Below are positions 1 through 7,100 of a DNA stretch of 16,461 nt, in pieces (within the stretch, counting starts at the first letter, position 1; every line of letters begins with the position of its first letter). The DNA lies in NCBI GenBank assembly GCA_046582655.1, contig JAYGDX010000315.1, positions 1-16,461 on the forward strand. Reading direction: 5' to 3'. The notes beneath the pieces were generated by a model that was given only the letters and a program-made list of their open reading frames with translations, did not search any database and had not been told where the DNA came from. The position numbers and the translations under genes were made by a program. This DNA comes from Candidatus Poribacteria bacterium. GTDB taxonomy: Bacteria > Poribacteria > WGA-4E > UBA9662.

Positions 1-273
1 CATACCTGTGATTAGGACAGCATCTGCTCCATTTTCTTTAGCATCTTTAATCAAGGCTTCTTTTATTCCTTTGTGGTTCTTCTGCCATCCACCCACGCCT
101 AGAGCATGACCAATGACTGTATACTCCATCTTTATATCATCCACAGAAAAGTAGAGGTCAACGTTATCTGTAGGCTCATATGAATTGCCAATATAACTTA
201 CAGGGGCACAACCCATAGCCAAAAGCATTACTAATACAACTACTGCTGACAATCTAAAGTTATGTGTTTTCAT
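1..273 (-). CDS. Lipoprotein with a YbjQ-like motif; partial, runs off the left edge
   Basis: Hand-translated, not in the ORF track. AAAGGAG RBS then ATG at 273: MKTHNFRLSAVVVLVMLLAMGCAPVSYIGNSYEPTDNVDLYFSVDDIKMEYTVIGHALG...LIKDAKENGADAVLITGM. It has a hydrophobic signal ending in LAMG/C (lipobox-like) and an AKENGADAV motif as in YbjQ-like folds. Open to position 1. Confidence 0.85.
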   Translation of the reverse strand, partial: MKTHNFRLSAVVVLVMLLAMGCAPVSYIGNSYEPTDNVDLYFSVDDIKMEYTVIGHALGVGGWQKNHKGIKEALIKDAKENGADAVLITGM

Positions 274-346
274 TATTTCTCCTTTTGTGAGTAAACTGTC
301 ATCTATTTCCCATATTTCTTGGCATAAATAAAAAGAAATATATTGT

Positions 347-363
347 ACGGGAGTCGAACCCGT
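347..363 (-). other. tRNA T-arm-like hairpin with no complete tRNA
   Basis: The minus strand reads ACGGG-TTCGACT-CCCGT, a 5-bp stem with a canonical T-loop. I found no matching acceptor stem or D-arm. Confidence 0.4.
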
Positions 364-385
364 GAAGACCGTCACTCCCTCTCAA

Positions 386-505
386 CTAGGCGTAGTTTTG
401 ACTCCAAGACTGGGGTTGAAACGGATGTCGACAACCGGTCAGCATCAGCAAACTAAAGAACAGCCCACCGAGAAACATGAACAACATCTGCTCCTCGGTT
501 TTCAT
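386..505 (-). CDS. Putative 39-aa small lipoprotein, or a truncated lipoprotein
   Basis: GAGGTG RBS then MKTEEQMLFMFLGGLFFSLLMLTGCRHPFQPQSWSQNYA*. It has a hydrophobic core and an LTG/C lipobox. Confidence 0.45.
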   Translation of the reverse strand: MKTEEQMLFMFLGGLFFSLLMLTGCRHPFQPQSWSQNYA

Positions 506-516
506 ATCTTGCACCT

Positions 517-591
517 CTAAGAAGGCCAAATCAAAGTGTCAGCTTTTGGTTCTATGGTGTAATAAGTTCCATCAGCACCAGTTACGTTCAT
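517..591 (-). CDS. 24-aa small ORF or gene remnant
   Basis: GAGGA RBS then MNVTGADGTYYTIEPKADTLIWPS*. The stop codon abuts the RBS of the next small ORF. Confidence 0.25.
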   Translation of the reverse strand: MNVTGADGTYYTIEPKADTLIWPS

Positions 592-649
592 AATTTATAT
601 CCTCAAAAATATCTTGTTATTTCAACTCCTTCTTTTTCACAAACAGGTT

Positions 650-2152
650 CTAAGGCCCGTCAATCAGGGCTATGGCATCTAAATAATCTGAAATCTGCTG
701 TTGATACCTAACGGGAATACGATCTCTCCGTATTGCCTCAGCATAATTCTGTTTGGCATTCAGATGTGCCTGTCGAAATGAAACATATTCGGGTTCAATA
801 CTACTATCAGAATTTTGAGACACGAAAACCTGCGAAAGTCCTTGACGATCAGATGAAATATTATTTAAGTTCAAATCAATACCATTGGCATTATTGGGCA
901 AGATAGAATCTCCGTCTAACTGTGTTTGCATTGACATGTCCTGCATAGCAGCAGAATTTTGTTTATTGGGTATCCAGGTACTATTATCACCCTGAGTGAT
1001 TACTCCTTGTACATCACTAGTTCCGGACTCTTGACCAGGATTACCACTGCCATCAGCAATGCTACTACTACTTTGATTCATTTCGATCCCAGCTAGTGCT
1101 ATACGCTTCCGGCTTTCCCGAATCTGACTTAGCGTCTCCTCTATTGCGGTTAAATGTTGCAACTGCCGATCTAGATCAAGCAAAGCCTCTGCCATACGCT
1201 TTAACTTCTCAGCACTGACTACCTCTGATTGCAGGTCGGAGAATTCATTCTTAACGTTACCAATCATGTGATTCTCTCCCAAAGCCCTCGCGATCTGCTG
1301 TAGTTTTTGCTTTAACTCGTTCACCTGTTCAGCATCAAGCCCATCAAATTGATCAGCAAGTTTATCAAAATTCGCGGCTAAATCACCCATAGGCATGTTG
1401 GTTACTTCATAGATAGCTTTTTGGGTTTCTTTGAGCTGGTCTGTTTTTATCTTCTGCTTTTGTCGATGAGCCTGATCTCGGAGTTGACTCAGACTAGCTT
1501 GCGCTTGTTGACTTGTAATTTGCTCACCCTTTAACTTTTTGATTGTTTCCTGAATTTCCGCTTTCAGCTGGCTCTCATCGGCAAAACCTATGAGGTTTTC
1601 CAATTGATTAACAGTTTGATCAATTGCCTGTCTCTCTACTGCAGTTGGTAACTCAGGTTGATTATGCCTCTCGGTGATGAGGAAGGATAGGCAAATTAAG
1701 ATAATCGGGATTGGGATCAATTTCCATAAAGCAGGAACTTTCAATGGAAAATCGGATGATAGAACAATTTTCTCAGCCTCATTTGCAGCATCACGCAATT
1801 GAGCCGCATCAAAGTCGAGATGGTCTTTTTTACGCGTAATCCCAACTGCTGTACTTAACCGGTCTTTTAGTTTCAAACGATCATCAGCAATCCTGGCAAT
1901 TTGCAGAAGATCCAGTTTTCGTGAAACAATAACAATCAGGACTCCAGTAAGTAGAACGATTAAAACGATTAGCAAATTAACAGGCAAATGGATAAATCGA
2001 TTCACCATCAGTAAGATACCAATCATTGTTAATCCGCAGGCTCCGTAACAGGTGCAATTATAGATTAGTTGATCATGATACAACCGCCGCTGAATTAGAA
2101 CCAATTTGTTTACTATAGACGATCTGCCTTCCATTGATTTGTCTTTCATCAT
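650..2152 (-). CDS. Membrane-anchored coiled-coil hypothetical protein (DUF4175-like architecture)
   Basis: Two N-terminal TM segments, the motif ADDRLKLKDRLSTA, a third TM, a long Q/E/K/L coiled-coil, a G/S-rich linker and the C-terminus AIRRDRIPVRYQQQISDYL. This layout is typical of proteins found with MoxR/VWA clusters. Confidence 0.75.
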   Translation of the reverse strand: MMKDKSMEGRSSIVNKLVLIQRRLYHDQLIYNCTCYGACGLTMIGILLMVNRFIHLPVNLLIVLIVLLTGVLIVIVSRKLDLLQIARIADDRLKLKDRLSTAVGITRKKDHLDFDAAQLRDAANEAEKIVLSSDFPLKVPALWKLIPIPIILICLSFLITERHNQPELPTAVERQAIDQTVNQLENLIGFADESQLKAEIQETIKKLKGEQITSQQAQASLSQLRDQAHRQKQKIKTDQLKETQKAIYEVTNMPMGDLAANFDKLADQFDGLDAEQVNELKQKLQQIARALGENHMIGNVKNEFSDLQSEVVSAEKLKRMAEALLDLDRQLQHLTAIEETLSQIRESRKRIALAGIEMNQSSSSIADGSGNPGQESGTSDVQGVITQGDNSTWIPNKQNSAAMQDMSMQTQLDGDSILPNNANGIDLNLNNISSDRQGLSQVFVSQNSDSSIEPEYVSFRQAHLNAKQNYAEAIRRDRIPVRYQQQISDYLDAIALIDGP

Positions 2153-2856
2153 TTTAAGTTAAGTTCTTCTCTTTCCTTTCAAAACCGTTGACTATCATTT
2201 CCCTTACCTCCCTGAGTTGAAATATCTAGGCCTGACATGGCCCAACTGGTTGATCACGATTTTCCCAAACAATAATTAACCTGCCACGTCTAGTGAAATG
2301 AAAACATGAAGTGAAGTTAAAATCCATGAGCAGAACAATACACCAATCATATAGTCAAAAAATTGGAAGTGTAAATCATGGTAGAAAAAGCTAAAAGTGA
2401 TCCACATCCTGATCAGTACCGCGAAACCATCATAATTATGATGCGTTACGGTACAAGTGTCGACCATATAGCCATCTAGTTGTTGTTGGATTTGAGGATC
2501 ATATGTGAAAGAAGAAGTAATATTATTGTCTTTTAATGTGTTCGATGTTTTAACATTTAGTAGGTTGTTCGACCATATCTTACGGCTGTAGTTGCGTAGT
2601 AGTCTCTACCCACTGTTTAAGAGTTTCTTTCTCTTACTGCAGGAGTTTATACCCGCGGGGCCATGGTATCACCATTTCCCATTTTGTGCTGATACTGTAT
2701 CTTGCGAATCTGTTGTGAGGTTACTCTTATAGTTTGTCAGTCGGTAACCTTATAGCATTGATCTTTGGGCCTCAATGAAGGTTAATAACCTCTTTTTCCA
2801 TAACAACCGCCTGTCTTAGAAAGACAAGCAATTCTATTTAGCAAAATTTGTCTGCC

Positions 2857-2931
2857 GTCTAACGATCTGGATCACTCGCTATTATGGAACGACAACGAAA
2901 TACCGATCAAGTGTATTCTTTATGATTAAGT
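2857..2931 (-). mobile_element. Degenerate attC-like recombination site
   Basis: Minus strand: ACTTAAT (R'', one mismatch to RYYYAAC)...ATACAC(T) (L'')...TCG..TATT/AATA..CGA...GTGAT (L')-N7-GTTAGAC (perfect GTTRRRY). It starts 15 nt after the MDR stop codon. Confidence 0.45.
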
Positions 2932-2946
2932 CTTTCCCCAAATTCA

Positions 2947-3906
2947 TTAAACATTTTCAGTCCAGTCAAAGATTACTCCAAAGAGATCACTGGCATTGTT
3001 AGCAAGCTTCTTGTAGATTTGCGGTGCTTCATCAATTGAGACAATGTGTGAGACTATTGGTGCAATTTGAAGATGGCCCTGTTTATAAAGGGACAGAAGT
3101 ACTCTTAGATCGTCCTTATCGAAATGGCATGATGTTTCGATCTTTGCTTCCGTACCGTGAAGCAAACTCCAAGGATAAGTTATCTGGTCACGAACCGCTA
3201 TCAACCCAACTGTGCCGCTGTGAGCAAGCAACCGATTATCACAAATATCGGAAAGGAGCCTTTCGACGCTACAGCAATCGTAAATGTAGTTATAAGGGCG
3301 ACCTTCTTTGATGATTTCAGGTGTCTTTTGGCTGTTCGCTTTTAGGGCAATGTGAGCGCCACATTCCTTAGCAGCATCAAGTCTTCTGTCTATCATGTCG
3401 GAAACCGTTACCTTAGCACCTACGCTTCTTGCTGCTTGTGCAAGGAAATGCCCAATAGGTCCTTGACCAACTACCCAAACATTATCACCTTGACTTACAC
3501 CCATTCGCCTTATACTGCGAAGTGCTACTCCTGCCACTCCGAACAGGGCACAATGTCTATAGTCGATTCCTACTGGCAACTTAATCAGCAGCGCGTCTTC
3601 ATTGATGATGTTCCAACCGTTGTGGCCAACATATTGTCCATAAAAAAGCCAGTCTCCAGGCTCAAATTGGGTGACTTTCCTACCCGTGGACACAACGCTT
3701 CCTACATGCTGATATCCGTGCCGACTTGGAAATCTTCCTCCTCCATAACCATGCTCAGAAAGGAAAGCATGGCGTTCAGTACCATTGGTTATGGCAGTAT
3801 ATTTTGTCTCCAACAAGATTTCCGTCGGTTCCAATTTTGACGGGGTGCCTAGATCACAGAATGCAAGTTCGCCTTTAGCGATAAATTCTAGCCCGCTATT
3901 GCGCAT
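2947..3906 (-). CDS. MDR-family (zinc-binding alcohol dehydrogenase-like) oxidoreductase, BchC-like / cd08255-type subfamily
   Basis: TNGTE replaces CGSD and GYQHVG replaces GHE. There is no four-Cys structural zinc lobe. It has a Rossmann motif VVGQGPIG and a C-terminal IVSHIVSIDEAPQIY. Confidence 0.88.
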   Translation of the reverse strand: MRNSGLEFIAKGELAFCDLGTPSKLEPTEILLETKYTAITNGTERHAFLSEHGYGGGRFPSRHGYQHVGSVVSTGRKVTQFEPGDWLFYGQYVGHNGWNIINEDALLIKLPVGIDYRHCALFGVAGVALRSIRRMGVSQGDNVWVVGQGPIGHFLAQAARSVGAKVTVSDMIDRRLDAAKECGAHIALKANSQKTPEIIKEGRPYNYIYDCCSVERLLSDICDNRLLAHSGTVGLIAVRDQITYPWSLLHGTEAKIETSCHFDKDDLRVLLSLYKQGHLQIAPIVSHIVSIDEAPQIYKKLANNASDLFGVIFDWTENV

Positions 3907-3923
3907 TTGAACACACCTTGGGA

Positions 3924-4103
3924 TTAAGAGTATCTTTTGGTAAAAGCAAGATTAGGTATGTAGTTTCCTTGTTCCAAATAGTGATGATCAGGCTTCTTTC
4001 CGAATGGTGCCGTAAATAGAAAGATAAGGATTTTGTCCGTGATAGGGTCATAAAATGTACTGCCATGAAAATGCACTTCAACAGGATTTTCGAGGTAACC
4101 CAT
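3924..4103 (-). CDS. Possible 59-aa small protein or C-terminal gene remnant
   Basis: Hand-translated MGYLENPVEVHFHGSTFYDPITDKILIFLFTAPFGKKPDHHYLEQGNYIPNLAFTKRYS*. It ends 17 nt before the MDR start and has no clear RBS. Confidence 0.25.
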   Translation of the reverse strand: MGYLENPVEVHFHGSTFYDPITDKILIFLFTAPFGKKPDHHYLEQGNYIPNLAFTKRYS

Positions 4104-4267
4104 ATGAGAGAAGTTTCTTGTTATATCGACTTAATCGGTTTCCTTCCTTATTGCTTTTAGTAAGTGATATGATCAACCCTCAATTATTAAACCAAAATTC
4201 CTTGATAAAAGATAAAAACATATTACTATGGAATCTATGAATCCGAATTATAGTGATATTAAATTAA

Positions 4268-4358
4268 ATGGTCAATCCTAAAAGCAAAGAGCTATTGGAT
4301 AAGATGCGAGAGTACATCCGGCTCTCAAGTACTATTCCTTACAAAATAGTGTGCCTAC
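4268..4358 (+). pseudogene. intI: Integron integrase (IntI-like) N-terminal remnant
   Basis: MVNPKSKELLDKMREYIRL, then a 2-nt TC duplication (4325-4326), then KYYSLQN, then a second shift to CAY. This aligns by eye with IntI1 [22 protein letters not shown]. The rest of the gene is absent. Confidence 0.7.
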
Positions 4359-4433
4359 AGTACAGCTTGATGGTCCTCTATTGTTAGGTAGTATTCATAT
4401 GATTCAGAGAAGTAACCAGCAACGAAATCCTAT

Positions 4434-4580
4434 ATGATCCCTAAAAGAAACGGTATCAAGTTGGTTAATATCAACTTCCGGGTAAAAATCTTACTGTTGT
4501 TACTAATCGGTTTTGGATTGCTGCAACCAGATCTTACTTATGCTGTTCAAATTGTGGAAATCATGTACGATCCTTTCTAA
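4434..4580 (+). pseudogene. Truncated secreted lamin-tail-domain (LTD) protein
   Basis: MIPKRNGIKLVNINFRVKILLLLLIGFGLLQPDLTYA/VQIVEIMYDPF*. A signal peptide is followed by the first strand of an LTD (consensus like vvInEimydP), then a stop. Confidence 0.55.
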
Positions 4581-4597
4581 CTTGACAAAGTTTAGTA

Positions 4598-5653
4598 TTA
4601 CCCGAATGTTTGCTGAAATAACGAAATCGTGCTGTCATCTGGATGATTGGGTAGTTCCGCCGGGGATTCCCAATCTTCTGGCACGTCTTCTAATCTTACA
4701 GGTTTGCCTTCATTTTCCAATACCGACTTCCACCCAGCAAGAAAGGCATTAGTTTTGTGGAATATTTGCTCAAATGTCTGTGGCATATCACCATATAATG
4801 CCATCTGCTGAAATGCCCAAATTGTAGGCGCCCAAATTTCGGTCTTGTCAAAAGGATAGCCTGTCCCCATATAGATTTTGAAACTTTCCCCGCCGTAAGT
4901 TTCTGATGTGTGTATTTGAACCGTTCCCCAGGAACCGCTGACCTGATGCAAGGTGCCAAAGAATTGCTGACCGTTTTGGCCGACATGTTCATAGGTCAAA
5001 ACTCCCGGAGGACTGTGCCAACTGTTGGTGCTGTAAGCAACTGACACCACTGGATTTCCCGCTTCCGCAATCGCCCTGCAAATCATGTAAACTCCATGAA
5101 CTCCGTGTGTTGGATAGTCATCAAATGAATTGGTTGCGTTGTAACAGATGATATTTTTATCCGTTGCCCACGCTTTAGCACGCGATATGGCATCAGTGAG
5201 TTCGTGACTGGATGGAACGAGAATGGTCGCACCATGTTTTTGCGCTAACTCAATCATCTCCTGAGCCTTTGCCAGTGAATTTGTAAACGGTCGGTTAATT
5301 AGGTTGGGGAGACCGGCTTCCAGATAAGGTCGATGAAGAATATGGTTCCAGGGATGGTTGTAGTAGCCGCCTGAAATGATCCCATCAACTTTTCCTACCA
5401 TGTCGTCGAAATTCTGAACAACTTCACAACCAAACGTTCTACCGAAATTTCCGGCTTTTTCCCGATCGATTTCCCAACAATGGGTAATACGCATTCCGGT
5501 AAAAGGCATATCCTTCTGTCCCTGTCTTGGATTTATCAAAGGTGCCCATAGACCCTCGAGGTGTGAGTACGATGACACATTCAGACAACCTATACGAAAT
5601 GATTCGGGAGCGTTTTGCCCATTCTCGTTTTGATTTGTTTTAGACTCTGTCAT
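4598..5653 (-). CDS. Divergent Gfo/Idh/MocA-family NAD(P)-dependent oxidoreductase
   Basis: GGGGG RBS. Motifs FRIGCLNV, ITHCWEID, DDMVGKVDGII, RPYLEAGLPNLINRPF and AQEMIELAQKHG match the Gfo/Idh/MocA N-domain. It also has a HGVH segment. Confidence 0.78.
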   Translation of the reverse strand: MTESKTNQNENGQNAPESFRIGCLNVSSYSHLEGLWAPLINPRQGQKDMPFTGMRITHCWEIDREKAGNFGRTFGCEVVQNFDDMVGKVDGIISGGYYNHPWNHILHRPYLEAGLPNLINRPFTNSLAKAQEMIELAQKHGATILVPSSHELTDAISRAKAWATDKNIICYNATNSFDDYPTHGVHGVYMICRAIAEAGNPVVSVAYSTNSWHSPPGVLTYEHVGQNGQQFFGTLHQVSGSWGTVQIHTSETYGGESFKIYMGTGYPFDKTEIWAPTIWAFQQMALYGDMPQTFEQIFHKTNAFLAGWKSVLENEGKPVRLEDVPEDWESPAELPNHPDDSTISLFQQTFG

Positions 5654-5780
5654 GAATTCCCCCTTAAGTTGGCATCCATTGTTAATTTAAACCTATCCTG
5701 ATTTTATCCAAGGGATTCTGTCTTCAGAATTTTCGTTGGGATAGAAATTTCGACCTACGTATTCCTGCATAATATTTTAT

Positions 5781-5936
5781 TAACCCAAGTTGCTACCTAC
5801 CTAAAGAAACCGAGATCTTACCGCGGAACTCGGAAAATCTGGCAAAGACGTCAGATTTTATTCGTTATCGTGGATATAACTTCAAAAAACTCGGTTTCTG
5901 AACTGCCCGCTGTTTTAGGTCGCAAACTGAGTCTTA
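5781..5936. repeat. MITE/REP-like nested palindromic element
   Basis: Imperfect terminal IRs at 5783-5799 and 5916-5932 (13/17). Perfect inner IR AGAAACCGAG/CTCGGTTTCT (5805-5814, 5890-5899). Innermost IR AAAATCTG/CAGATTTT (5834-5841, 5852-5859). Both flanks are TTAT-rich. Confidence 0.65.
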
Positions 5937-5943
5937 TTATTAC

Positions 5944-6972
5944 TTATTTCCCGATTAGAACTTCCTTTCCGGTTTCCGCAGATTGGTAGATTCCTTCCAT
6001 CATCTGTTGGACATGTAACATCTGGCTGAATTTGACGATCGGCGTTCGATCTTCACGAACCGCATCGACAAAGTCTTTTAGCACTTCAAAGAAATGGTTT
6101 CCTGATTCGGTAATTTTTGGTGTTCTGTCGAAAACCTGATTGCCTTGATCCACATAAATCTTCAAAGGAATCTCAGCGGTGCCGTAATCTCCCAGAATTT
6201 CAATCTGTGGCCTCACTTTCCAAGGATGAGTCAGCCAGTTACTTTCAATAGATAATCCAGAATCGTTTTCAAAACGGATGTAACCTGCGGCAAAATCTTC
6301 TGTCTCGAAATCCCCCAATGTTCCTTTCCAGGAAATTAGAGGATTTTTCATGTGGCGCACTTTCTGATAAATTGTTCCCATTGCTGCTACGGGCGTCGGA
6401 TCGCCAATAATCCAGTTTGCCAGATCAAGGTTGTGTACCGCGGTACTGTAGAGCACACCTCCACCAGATAGGCTTTTCTTATGAAAAACACTATACCCGG
6501 GGATATCCATCACGTGTCCGGCAACAACTCGGGTGTAGTAGATTTTACCCAAACCTCCCTCATCGATAAATTGTTTAAGTATACGGCCCTCTGCACTGCC
6601 ACGATTCTGAAGTCCCATGCTCATTTTTTTCTTGTGCCACTTACATGCCGCAATCATCTCTGCTGCTTCGATACTACTTACGGCCAGCGCTTTTTCACAA
6701 ATCACATTTGCACCTGCCTCAAACGCATCGACAGTTTGATCCCTGTGAAACGCGTGAGGTGTACAGACGCTTACCAAATCCAAATTATGTTTGTCTAATA
6801 ATTCTCGGTAATCCGAGTAAACATAAGGAATACCGAATTCCATAGCTACAGCCTGTGCTTGTTCAAAGTTCACGTCACAAACAGCAACAAGATCAATGTC
6901 GTTTATCTTGTTGTAGTTGGCAACGTGACCACCCCTACCTTGTGCACCACAACCGATTACAGCTACCTTCAT
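5944..6972 (-). CDS. Gfo/Idh/MocA-family oxidoreductase
   Basis: The GGAGG RBS favours the ATG at 6972 (MKVAVIGCGAQG) over 7014. Motifs: DLVSVCTPHAFH, VICEKA, SGGGVL, HNLDLA, EDFAAGYIRFEN and C-terminal IYQSAETGKEV. Confidence 0.92.
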   Translation of the reverse strand: MKVAVIGCGAQGRGGHVANYNKINDIDLVAVCDVNFEQAQAVAMEFGIPYVYSDYRELLDKHNLDLVSVCTPHAFHRDQTVDAFEAGANVICEKALAVSSIEAAEMIAACKWHKKKMSMGLQNRGSAEGRILKQFIDEGGLGKIYYTRVVAGHVMDIPGYSVFHKKSLSGGGVLYSTAVHNLDLANWIIGDPTPVAAMGTIYQKVRHMKNPLISWKGTLGDFETEDFAAGYIRFENDSGLSIESNWLTHPWKVRPQIEILGDYGTAEIPLKIYVDQGNQVFDRTPKITESGNHFFEVLKDFVDAVREDRTPIVKFSQMLHVQQMMEGIYQSAETGKEVLIGK

Positions 6973-7061
6973 AAATCCTCCGATTAAGGCTATTGCCGAA
7001 CACGAGAGTCGCATAAATTGTCTTAAGCAATGTTTTTTCTGATACCATTTAGTTCCTATTC

Positions 7062-7095
7062 ATCTCAAAATGGAGCAAAAATGCCATTTTGAGAT
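7062..7095. terminator. 12-bp hairpin just downstream of the GDPD gene; possible terminator or mRNA stabiliser
   Basis: ATCTCAAAATGG-N10-CCATTTTGAGAT is a perfect IR. There is no clear U-tract on the minus strand. Confidence 0.45.
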
Positions 7096-7100
7096 TTAGC

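Noticed and set aside
330..440. Complete tRNA, tRNA-Sec or tmRNA
   Set aside because: Only the T-arm is present. I could not build an acceptor stem, D-arm or CCA end.
18..494. Near-repeat CA(G/A)CATCTGCTCC at 18-30 and 482-494
   Set aside because: It is too short and has no extended similarity, so it is probably chance.
2276..2467. 63-aa hydrophobic minus-strand ORF
   Set aside because: It has no clear RBS or motif, and its hydrophobicity is explained by T-rich DNA.
3024..3840. Antisense and alternate-frame ORFs inside the MDR gene, and similar ones inside the Gfo, GDPD, TonB, M64 and YbjQ genes
   Set aside because: They are shadow ORFs overlapping well-supported genes and carry no recognisable motifs.
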